Assembly (NCBI GenBank): GCA_001179505.1
Contig: CDMY01000982.1
Span: 1 to 64,000, forward strand
Direction of reading: 5' to 3'
Length of the DNA: 64,000 nt
Source: Vitrella brassicaformis CCMP3155
Taxonomy: Eukaryota; Protista; Chromerida
Shown here: piece after piece, positions 34,901 to 46,000 of the stretch
How positions within the stretch are numbered: the stretch's first letter is position 1
How the letters are laid out: each line of letters begins with the position of its first letter
Position numbers and translations under genes: made by a program
The notes under the pieces: generated by a model
The model's input: only the letters and a program-made list of their open reading frames with translations
Told to the model about the DNA's origin: nothing
Database searches by the model: none

Positions 34901-36705
34901 TGAGCGAGGAGGGTGTCGACTGAATCAACGGGACCAGCCTCCTCCTGCTGCTGCTGCTGCTGATCCTGATCCTGCTGCTGGTGCTGATCCTGCTGGTGCT
35001 GTTGGTGTGTCTGTGGTTGGTGCACGTCTTGGTCGTGCACAGGTACGCCAGCGGAGATCTTGATGCTGCATGTGTTGTCAGGACCATTTCTGTTAGCGAC
35101 TGTCGGGAGGGGCAGGAATGGGGGGTCGATGCGCACGTGGACCATCGGCACTGGCAGGGGCGGGGCGTCGGCGTTGATTCGCTCCGCTCTGATGAACTTG
35201 CTCGTGGTGGTCATCCCCCCCTCATGGTCCTCAACGTCCGCAGGGAACAGGGGCGCCGCAAGCGAATCACCGCCCCCACCAGTAGCAGCAGGAGGGGTGC
35301 CTTTGTTGTCAGGTGCAGCAGCAGCTGGCAATGAGACACCAGCAGCGGGGGAGGGGGTTGGAGACCTCTCCGCTGCACCCGTCCCTGTGGCTGTAGCTGT
35401 AGCTGTGGGCGAAGACGCCATCTGGACGTCGCTCCCTCCCTGCTTCGGTGTATTCTTGTCGGCCGGCGGGGTGGCTGTGCAATTGTTATTGGCAGTCTTG
35501 TCACTGTCTCGCCGGTTGCTGTCGGGTGGTGCTGGGGGTGGTGGTGTTGGTGAGAGGGAGGGGGGAGGCTCGGACGCCCGAATATTGCTCGACGCAGCCT
35601 TGGGAGGCGGATGACTGAGCACACATACAAAACCAACATACCAACAACGTGTGTCACGAATGCCGGCCGGCCGATCCAGACATGTGCATGTGTTGTGTTG
35701 TGAGTTTCTTTCTGCCTTTGACTCCCACCTGTGTTTGTTGGCCTCCCTGACATGGCGACCTACAACGGTTGGGAAGCCCGACGGCCCGCTGGTCACGCCT
35801 TTGCTTGCAACTGTGCTCGATCCCGAGCTGGACGGCTCCTGCACGCCATTGTCCCCCTCACCCTCCTCCTTCTTGACACACACATCGATCTCAACCACAG
35901 GCATCTCCAATGAGGGCGGGGGAGGGGCTGCTGCTGCTGGTTGTGGTGCCGAGGTCCTGTTTGTGTTGGTTGGGGTCTTCTTGCTGCTGTGGTTTGTCGT
36001 CTTGTTGGGTGGCTTGGGTGGCGTCAGCTGCACCCAAAACGACCCGTTGCCACTGCCCCTGCCGTTTGCCTGTTTGCCGCCCACTGGCGTCTTGGTCTTC
36101 CTCGCCGCCACCATGACAGGCGACACAGCCGAGGGGGAACCACACGCACCGCCATCAGGCATGAAGGCTCTCGTGGGCAGTGATCGGAAGGAAGTCGACG
36201 AGACGGGCGTGAGCAGACGACAGTCATCCTGCATGGCGGGTGGGGCACTCCCTGCCGGTGAGGGTGGTGCGGCCTGCTTGCTCAATGCCGTCTTGCGCCG
36301 CACCAGTGGCCTCACTGAGTCCGCCTCGCCCGTAATGGGAGTGGCAGTGTGTGTCGACACGGTGGTGGGCCCCCCATCCATTCCCATTCCCGTCGCCGCC
36401 AGACGGCCCTGGCCCTGGCCATGGGAGTGTGGGTGTCTTGACAGGCCCGAGAGGGTGAGGGAAGGGTGCGGCTGGGGGCTGGACACACGCACATTGGGTT
36501 GATCTCTCGTCTGCGGCCGATGGGTGGGGGACGTCAAATCGACCGTGTCGGCATTGGCTGCTGCTGCTGCTGGTGGTGGTGGTCCTGGTGCCGTCTGTTT
36601 GTGGTGTTGTTGTTGTAGTCTGAATGGCGGGGCGGCTGTGCGGGGAGTGCGGGGAAAGAGGTTGTCCAGGAGAGGGTCTTGTTGCCGCGATTTGCGATGC
36701 TCCAT
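31705..36705 (-). CDS. Three-repeat (R1R2R3-type) MYB transcription factor with long low-complexity flanks, multi-exon
   Basis: R1 PWTPEE|DRILEDAL...SWMEVTKRLPSRTALSCQRRW; R2 GWTPEHDAQLRSLV...VWESLSKHIEGFTARQCRERW; R3 TWTAEEDQQLVSII...SWPLIAHSFPARTPQSLKDRY. Likely start accATGG at 36705. Last exon DMGGGFS...LTPIHHG* ends at 31705. Confidence 0.85.
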
Positions 36706-37364
36706 GGTAGGTGTAGATGCGATAGACATAGACGGCTCACTCACGTCGGCGTGAGAGGCATAGGGATATAGAGGTATAAAGAGGCCACGGCCTGTCGAGC
36801 CCTTCACTTCGGCAGCTGCTGGCTGGGCTGGCAATCACGGCAGCTTCCAAATCACAGACAGACAACAGACAACAGACAGATGTAGACAGACAGGCCTGCA
36901 ACTGTGGAGCTGCTGTCGAGCCGAGAGATCCGCTGCTGCGCACTGCTGCTGTGAGACCTCAACAGTCGGCTGAGCCGTGGCTGCTGAATCAGCTGACTGC
37001 TGCTCTCCCTCTTGCTGAAAGGGGATGGCCTTGTCGCGATGGTCTTCTCCCAGCGTTAGAGATCGACTTGTTCGGCGAAGCGCCAGAGATCGGCAAATGG
37101 TCTGTGTCTATGCGCCGCAGCAAGACCAGAGTAGAGCACCTTCCGGAGACGGCAAACCGCGCATAGGCGGCGTCTGCGAGCTTAGCTGCGAGCTCAAACT
37201 CCACCCTCGAAGATTCCTTGAAGATCCCGGCTGCGAGAGCGAAGGAAGCACGGCCTTTATCGAGACCAGCTTCCTGGGCGAACAGATCTGAAGATCAGAT
37301 CCTCGAAGAGCTGAGGGGTGCGAAACGGTTTTCCTCTGGCCCTCTGCTTTCGCGACCCACATAA

Positions 37365-37796
37365 ATGGAGGCGGTGCAGAGGATCTCTGGCGGCGCGATG
37401 CCTGGGTTTGTGACGGACAAGAACAACCCCGTCGGGTACGTCATCAAGAGCCTCCAGGAGTTCGGGCAGGAGAGCATCAGGCTCGTCAGAAGATGCACCA
37501 AACCTGACGCCAGAGGTGAGCTGGGATGGCCTGCAGAGAGCGGTGTTGCCACCGTGTGTGGTGATTGTGGTTTCCTGTCTGTGCGTGCAGAGTTCAAGAA
37601 GATCGCTCTTGCGTGCGGCGTTGGGTTCGCTATCATGGGCTTCATCGGCTACACGGTGGGTGGGTGGGTGGGTGAAACTGCCGAGGACGACACTGTCACT
37701 CACATTGCACGTGTGTGTGTGGACACATCCGATTGATTGCAGGTGAAGCTGGTCTTCATTCCCATCAACAACATCATCATACAGCCGGGCGCATAG
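37365..37796 (+). CDS. SEC61G: Protein transport protein Sec61 subunit gamma, 3 exons
   Basis: ...[21 protein letters not shown]|[22 protein letters not shown]|[17 protein letters not shown]: the canonical Sec61-gamma/Sss1 signature. Confidence 0.95.
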
Positions 37797-38867
37797 CATA
37801 GCAGCGCAGCGCACCCCTCCCTACCCCTATCGCAATGGTGAGCAGACACCCTCACACACACACAGACACACACACACACCCCGTGCATCGTGTGTTGGTG
37901 GTGTGGCGTTCAGGTCTTGGTGTGGATATCCTTCTCTACCTGCTTTATCTACGCTGCAACGGTGTGATCTTTCCTGTCCAGTCTGGGATTCCCGTGTGTG
38001 AGATGGGGCCTGCGAAGCGCCGTGCACCCGCGCTGATAAGTGCCGGGTGTGTGTGGCTTTGCTGGCCCCATCGAGCACAGGGAAGCACAGACCGAGACGA
38101 ACGAACGTGGGGATGGAATGACAAACGGTGCTTGGGAGTGGATGGGTGGGTAGTGTTGTCGTGTCGTCTTGTGTGGCCCATCTGCGCATTGGAGGTCCTG
38201 TGGTAATGCTGTCTGACAGGGGGCAGCTCCCTCTTGTGAGATCTCGTCACCTCGGGCTGTCTCGATGCACGGATGGGCCACACCGTCGAGAAAGACAGAC
38301 AGGTGTGTGTATAGCTGTGCGTACATGGATGGTAATTAGAGGCTGCTGGTATCGATTCGATGCTGCTGACACGTGCAGCCAGGTGGGCTGCCCAATTCAT
38401 GCACTGCATGTGATGGACGAATGGACAGGTCGATGGATGGGTGGGCCTGATGCGATGCGGGACAACGGGTTACTATGGTCAATTCGATGGCGGCAAGGCA
38501 ACACCATATCAGTGAACATGGCCTGCACCCATGAACACACACATGTTCAGTTCAGTTCAGCACCAGCACAAAGAAAGTCGCACAAAGAAAGTGACACGAG
38601 GGATGGCGCCGCTTTCCGTCAATGTGCAACGCATTCCGCTCTGCTCTTGTCCAGTATCTACTCCAGCCATAAGTCAGTCCAAATGACGGACACTACACTA
38701 TTATGTGCACAGGGACAGCCGAAGAAGGAAATGTGTGCAGCAACACAAGACAACACAAGACAACACAACACAACACAAAGCCACACGTGAAAAACTGATA
38801 AAGGACTGGTGAAAGAACCCGGCCGACATGACATAATATGGTCAGTTAGAAGACCCCGCTGGCTGGC

Positions 38868-39623
38868 TTATCTGCCCGCACTGACACTTCCAAGTGTCGC
38901 CTCCTGTCGCCTTCGCCTGCCTTCGTCCAAAGCTAACGAATCCATGTCTGCCATGGCAGAGGAAAGGACATACACACACACACACACACACACATACGCA
39001 TACACATGAAGTGGAGTGGATTGGCTCACCTGTCACATTCCTGTAAGTGTGATCTCTGTCCCTCTTGTCAGCCAGTGCTCTGTCCCTGTGGTGGTCTGCA
39101 CGCACACCGACACACAAAGCCACCCACAGCCAAAAAAATGTGACGTGACACCTTAACATCAATCAAGTCAAGTCGTCATCTCTCCTCACCGGCCTCGCTT
39201 GGCTGAGGATGTGGATGCACAACGACGATTGGGTCGGTTCGTCTGGTGCCCATCTCGCCGAAGAAGTCGTGAATGGTCGTGTTGTCATCTGCAGCGGTCG
39301 AGTGCTTCTTGTGCTTGCCGATCAACACGGCGTTGGGTCCCTTTGTCGTGGACAGACAAAACAGCCACACAGAACAGAGAGAGGACAGCAATACACACAT
39401 ACACACATGTGAGTGTACTCGCCTCTCTCCCTCCCTGCGTGTGTCACTCACGTGGATCTTCCTTGCTTACCTGATAGAGATACGTGAGCTTGGCCTTCAT
39501 GCCTCCCACAGTGCGCACGTTCATCCTCACACCAAACACGTAAGTACCGTTCGACCACCGAGACCATTTCAGAGATTCAGATTCCCATCCGAACAATCCA
39601 AACAGCCGTCCGATGCCGCTCAT
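38868..39623 (-). CDS. Hypothetical 149-aa protein with a possible ubiquitin-like fold, 4 exons (39623-39471, 39340-39190, 39095-39030, 38947-38868)
   Basis: 153+151+66+80=450 nt in frame with GT-AG junctions. RTVGGMKAKLTYLYQ|GPNAVLIGKH...DDNTTIHDFF...IVVVH resembles the ubiquitin pattern TI.xLK.KI...L...GK...D..TL.DY. Confidence 0.55.
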
Positions 39624-39728
39624 GATCCCAGACGTTGATAGCGAGGGAGATGCACTCGCAGGGCGGCAGATCGGTTTCTTGCGAGCCTACAGCTAAGCTC
39701 GCAGCTAAGGAGGGCACCCGGCTGCTGC

Positions 39729-39754
39729 AGGGTGCTCCCTGAGACCGCTGCTGC
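39729..39754. promoter_or_regulatory. 26-nt upstream motif shared with 15125-15150
   Basis: 25/26 identity. Lies about 105 bp upstream of the 39623 ATG. Confidence 0.4.
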
Positions 39755-40040
39755 CGGTGAGTGGGTGGGTGGATGGATGGATGGATGGATAGAAAGATGG
39801 ATGGACTTCGTGCACGAGTCAGGACTGATGGGTGAGTCAGCCCTTCAGTGGCGGCAAAAGGTGCCACTGAATCACGGTTCCCTCTCTCTTATCAAGGATG
39901 TATATATCTACACCATCCCACCAGTCAGCCCAAATTGGCCTCTCTCACCAGACAGTGAGCGGACAGTATTGTATGTACACACAAACGGACAGACACATGA
40001 AGGAAGAAACGCAGCAAGGCAGCAATGCTCTCACACACTC

Positions 40041-43000
40041 TCATGTCAGTGAGCGCCGAGAGCTGGCGAGAAAACGCAAGATAGCAACCAACACCTGCAC
40101 ACACACCACAGTTGCAACCGTTTGCCTGGCCTGGCCTGGCCTGGCCACCCGCCCCTTCCCACTCACCTGTTCGAGCGGATCTGAGAGGTTTGTGTGAGCA
40201 TTGGACGGCAGGAAGTCCCTGTCCAGCTGCAGACTCTTCAACACCCATTCAAGCGATGGCGTCTGCACCACACCACACCATACACACACGTATCACCAAG
40301 CATCTCATCTCGTGTGTGTGCATGGCTGTGTGCCCTGCCCACCCATCCCTCCAGTCGGTGCAGCTGCGGCTCGAGCACAAACTCATGCCGCTCGAACTCC
40401 CGGCTGTGCAGACACAGCTTGAGGGTCAGCAGCCGAGAGAGCCTGCCCACATCCACTGCTGATGATGAGGGTGAGAGGGCACTGGTGGTGCTGCTGCTGA
40501 GCTGCAGGCCGGGCGACCCCACTACAGGCAGCACCGAACCACCACCCTACACACATACAAACACACAGAGAGGGAGTCCGGCCAGCCAGACCAGACACCG
40601 ATGAATAAACAAAAGAGTGCGTCCGTGGCTGTGCTGCATACTGACCTGTGTGGCAGTGTCCTGTTGTCGTCTCTGCATGCCTCTCTCAGGGTTGGCCCCC
40701 GCCACGGCCAGCGTAAAGGCGTCGATGACCGTCCGCACGAACGTGTAGTGCGCCACGTTGGGCGAGACCTCGATCGGATGGCGAAAGTCGCTCCTGAAGC
40801 TGTAGTGCACCGTGGCCGACACACCCAACTCATCCGCACGCACACATGACCATGACGACGGCGACATCGCCGGCGACTGAGACACCGCCCCCGGCTGGCG
40901 TGACGAGGCGGAGGCGGCCGGGGGCGAGGCGGTCTCCTTCGTGTTGACGATGTCGAAGAGCTCCAGCGTCCTTAGATGGGTCATCATGTGGGGGATCACT
41001 ATGATCTGCACGTTCGGCGGCGGCAGAGCCCCACCTCTCGCCGGTGCAGGGTCTTTGTGCAGATGGATCGGCTCGAAGGCCAGAGCCAGCGACCTCGTCT
41101 GCGGCGGCAGCCTCTCCGGGAGGGCGCTGGCTGTGTCACCAGCAGCAGCAGCAGCAGCACCGGTCAGGTGGACGTACTGCGGTGTGGTGTCGGTCAGCGG
41201 CGAGGCATTGAAGCCGATCTCCCCCTCAGGCAGGCAGATGTGCAGCGCCGACCTGTCGGTGAGCGTCTCGCTGAAGAGGTACAGGTGGACGTGCTCCATC
41301 CTGACGGTGATGCTGCCGTGCGCCCGGCCCTCCAGCAGATCGACCACTGCGCTTGGGGAGGGGACGGGGAGCAGCGGAGCGGCAGCTGCTGCAGCTGCTC
41401 CGGGGGACACTGTGGGCGACGCAAAGGGGGCTGGTGGCGGCTGCAGGTGCCTCTGAGCAAGGCTGCCGAACTCTGCTGCGGCCTGTGCGCCGGCCGATAA
41501 AGGAGGGGACAGCCGTCTCTGCGCCGACTCCCACTGGGCCCTGCAGGAGTCGGCCAGCACCGACGCCACGGCCGTGAGACTCCTCACCGCGGCAGGGCAC
41601 ACCTTGACGGTCAGCTCCCTGGCCACCAGCTGCGACTGGCCCGCACGGATGACGGCTTCCTCGCACGGCTGCTCATTATCTCCGTCAGCACAAGCATCAG
41701 CAGCAGTAGGGCTCGATGGTGTGCACTGAACGAAGAGGCGTCCGTAGCCTGTGGTGGAGAACTGGGAGTCGCCGTCGGCTGTGACCTCGGTGTCGGCGCA
41801 CTCGAGGCCGAGCTGCTGGCCCCAGAACTCGATGAGAGGCTTCCGGTCGTACGTCAGCTCCAGCTCCACAGGAGTCACCTCGGCCCGCCATGAGTGAGCT
41901 GCCCTATATTCGGTCTCCCCCTCCCTGCAGCCGCCGCGGTCGTCGTCAGAGCTGCCCGATGCCTCACCTCCATCCTCTCCCTCCTCCTCTCCCTGTGGTG
42001 CTGCCGTGGTGGATTTCGTGACCTTATCTCGTGCCACATGCCGCACGCTGCCCTCGATCAGCAGCACACCAACGCCCCCGCCGCCACGCAGGAGGGGCTC
42101 TGAGTGCCAGCGAAGGTTGCTCGCACGGACGGCGATGGTCAGGGCGTCCATCCGCAGACCCGACTCCATCCGACCTGGCTCTGCACGGCACGGGGGAGGA
42201 AAGGAGAGAAGAGAGACATTTCGTGTGTGCATGATGGGATGGCGGAGAGGGGGCTTGGCGTCGTGTTGGCTTACCGACGATGGATAGCTCAAGCGGTTGG
42301 ACGGTGAATGTCATTTCTGACCCGACGGACGCGGGGTGCCTCATGTCGCCCACCACCCTCATGTAGTGGACGGTGGAGTGCACCATCAGCGAAGACGACG
42401 CCCCGGCAACCACACCCTCAGCCCCCGCTTCTATCTCATCCAGGGTGTGTGTGGTGGCCGGGGAGTGCGGGGGCGAGAGGGAGGTCTCCTGGTGGATCTC
42501 AAACTCTGCCGTCAGCTTGTGCAGGGCCATGATAAGGGCAGCGAGCCGGTCCATGTAGCGGTTGTTGTACTGCACCCGCAGCTCTCGCTGGAAGTGGTGC
42601 ACCGTCACCAGCGGCAGGTCGGCGTCGTTACGCAGCCCCACGGCAGCCGAGTGCTGGATGTTCAGCCCCTTGACGTCGAGCGAGAAGACACGCGACGGGG
42701 CCGCGCTGCTGAAGGTGATGTAGGCCTCGCACGCTGGCAGGTGCACAAAGTTGATGTGCAGAGGCACCTCTAACCCCTCCCCTCTCCTACCCCCACCCTC
42801 CGCCTGCTGCCGGTGACAGGTGTCTCGGTCGGGTTGGTCGTCGTCGTCGTCGTCTTGCGGCGACGAGAGCTGGTGCATGCCCCATGACTGTGTGAGGTTG
42901 AAGCCCTCCTCCAAATGGGTGACGACCAGGATGTCGCTGGGTGTGATGGGGACCGTCACCGACACCGTGATGGTGTTGGCTGACAGCTGCAGGAACACCG

Positions 43001-46000
43001 GCCGCCTCCCGAGGCTCTCGCCCACCGACACCGACCTCCGAAGGTCATCCATACCCATCACCGTCGCCATCTGCTGATCCCCCCTTTCACCGACACCCCC
43101 GCCCCCAGCAGCCATGGGAGACCCACCCCCTCCCCCCTCCACCCCCGCCCTCCTCTTGATAGTCCTCGCCACATTGACCAGCGACTGCACCCAGGCCGCA
43201 CTCAGGCTGAGAAAGAACGGCGGCAGGTGGACGTACAGCAGAGTGGGCGTGTCGTCGCCCCCTCCTGTGCACAGCAGGCGGCAGTCCACGTCGGGGAGGG
43301 GGATCGGCTCCAGCGCTAATGGAGCGGTGGGCGTGGAGGGCGCGGTGGGGCTCTTGAGGGGGCGCACCAGGGCTGCGGGGTGCTGTGCCGGGGCTGGGGC
43401 GGCCCCGTGTGTGTGCGCGGTGACCTTGCTGACCTTGGCTGACACGTCGAAATGAAACGTGGTGGGGGAGGCCTCCCCCGCGCCATAGGAAGCGAATATG
43501 TCGGTCCGTGTGCGCGACGAGGGCCACGACGTCTGAGAAGGTGTCGCTGAGAAGGATGGGGGCGAGGGCACCAGTTCCGCTGCCATTGACTGCGCCCGCC
43601 TGACCCGCCTCAGCGCCCGAAGCCGGCGCTGCCCCCTCTCCCTCCCCACATGGCCTCTGCTGCCGGGCATCCATGCCGCGCAGAAGGTGCGTGTGGCCCT
43701 TATGGCCTTGCTGTCCACATACACGTCGGTGGACTCCATGCCGAAGTGGCCACTGACCGATACCACCACAGAGCGCGGCGCCAGGCCGCCAGAAGACGAG
43801 ATGGGCGTGGCGGGGGTGGTGTCGTCCTGATCCGACGAGGTGTGCTCGGCGAGGCTGAGACCGGCGTTGAAGGCCATGTCGCAGACGCTCACGCCGAGAG
43901 AGCCCTCATGGGCCTGTGGGCTGCGCCAGAACTCGTTACGATGGAAAAGGCCAAGACTGGCGAGTGGATCGACGACGAGTGCGCACGAGACGCATCCCTT
44001 GAGGTCATGCACCATCGACCGGGCCCCCACCTCCACTCTGTCGCCCTCGGGTCTGTTGAGCGTCACGGTGGTCTCCATGCGGGTCGTGAAGAAAGACGCC
44101 AGACCCTGCAGCGTGGGTGAGTAGGCCTCCAGATGCTGCACGCTCACTTCGAAGGCAAAGCTCCGACGACCCACACCTTCGCCTCTCGTCGCTTCCCGCT
44201 CCTCCGCCCTCTCTCTGTCCCTGCTGGCCTGGGCCGTGCCGCGGTGCTGGTGGAAGAGCGCTTCGAGGCTCTGTTGAAGGCCTTCGTCGATCTTTTTGAG
44301 GGTCTCCAGGTGCGTGCTGCGGGACCTCTTGCCGACGGGGAGCGGGGGAAGGGCAACCGCCTCGGCGGCAATGTCCTCCTCGTGTGTGTCTGCACGCCTC
44401 GTCTCTGCGTCGATCAGGAAGGGCCGGGCCACCTCGTAGTACTCGATGGCGACGTTCATGAGAGTGTCGTGACACCCGGGATGCGCCACAACCCTCGGCT
44501 GCTTCACCTCCAGCCGGGCATTTCGTCGCGACGCCTCGATCTGTGTGGTGACTTCAGCGGTGATCTCCAGCGCAGAGGCCTCCTTGTCGGCCATCTGCTG
44601 CCCATGGCGGCCCTCCACAGTGGCCGTCTTGGGCGATCCGCCGCCTGTGCACTTGTGGTCCTGGTTGCCGTCTGCAGGCTCATCCGACATGTCTGGCAGC
44701 TGTGGCACCGACACCGACCGCTTGATGGCATGCAGGGGGTGGACGGGGGAACGCACCTCCTGCATCTCGATCCGCCGCGTCACCGCCAGCAGCACGTGCT
44801 TGGTGCTGATGAGCAGGTCGGCCACGTGCTGGGGCTGGCAGGAGGCGAGCATCAGGCCCTCAACAGTTCCCTCATCGGCGTCGCCCCCTGCCGGTTCGTC
44901 GTCGTTGTCCTCTGTGGGTGCACTGGCGCTGCGGGGGGCGGCCGAGCCCTCCTTGTCGGACGCCATGCTGCTGTCGTGATGCTGATGCGATGATGATGGG
45001 GCCTCCTTGCGAACCGAGAATCGGGTGGCCGACGTCTGGAAGCGCATTGAGCCTGTGGTCGCCGACACACGGAGCGCCACGCCTTGGAAGGTCAAGTCGA
45101 TGGCGACCCGCAGCCGCTGCACCACAGTCGATAATGAGGCGTCCGCTGCTTTAGGTGGCGGAGGTGGCACATGTTGGATCGACTCGGATGACGCCGAGAT
45201 GACGGCCGGGACGACCGACACCGACAACTGGTTTGCGATGACGAGCAGGTGGCGCATCTCCTCCAGCCCGATGGACACGTTGATCTGCGCCACAGTGAGG
45301 GTGGCCTTCAGCACCATGTCGCCCGACGACCGAGGGGCAGAGGGGGAGGGAGAGGGGGAGGGCGAGATGCTGGAAGCACTGCTGCCACGATGAGAGGGAC
45401 CTGACTGCTCTGACTGCGCCTCGACGCGCTGAAAGGGGGAGAGGTCCGCAGACGACCCAAGGCTCTGTTGCGAACGGATTGACGCCGATTCCCGCCAGGC
45501 CTTGAAGGCAAACGACCCGGCGGCGTCGACAGCCGGCAGTGAGTGGCCTCTGCGGGTGATGGCCCCTTGGGATCGCTCCATGAAGGTGAGGGAGTGGGTA
45601 GAGATCCCGGCGTTGACCACCACCACCACCTGCGCCCGTCCGCCCTTGAGGCTGTCCGTCGACGCCCCCAGAAGAGAGCTGACGGGTGCGGCGGAGGAGA
45701 GGCCGGTGACCTCCAAGCCGAGCGACACAGCAGCGATGCCATAAGATAGGCCGATGGCTGGCGAGGGGTAGTACACGATCCGGCTGTCGGTCGCACGCAT
45801 CACGTGTTGCAAGGCAAGCGGGTTGCCGAAGGTGCCCTCCTGCAGGACGGGAAACGCTCCGTCGGCCTCGGCCTCATCGTGGCCGGCTTCCTGGTCTCCC
45901 TCGTCTGCCTCGATTGCCTTGGCCGCACCGCCCCAGGCGTCCACGAATGCCCGGATGCCCTTGGCGAAGGCCGGGGTAATCAGGTACAGCGGAAGCTGGG

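Noticed and set aside
36940-37364. ORF-like stretches between MYB and SEC61G, including a frame ending in TAA immediately before the SEC61G ATG
   Set aside because: No recognisable motifs or consistent splice structure. More likely promoter or 5' UTR sequence.
38868-39159. Apparent neuropeptide-like precursor (MLRCHVTFFWLWVALCVGVRA...KR...GRRRR-QEATLGSVSA-GR*)
   Set aside because: The supposed signal peptide lies inside an intron (GTGAGG at 39189 to gtgcgtgcag at 39096) of the better-supported 4-exon gene starting at 39623.
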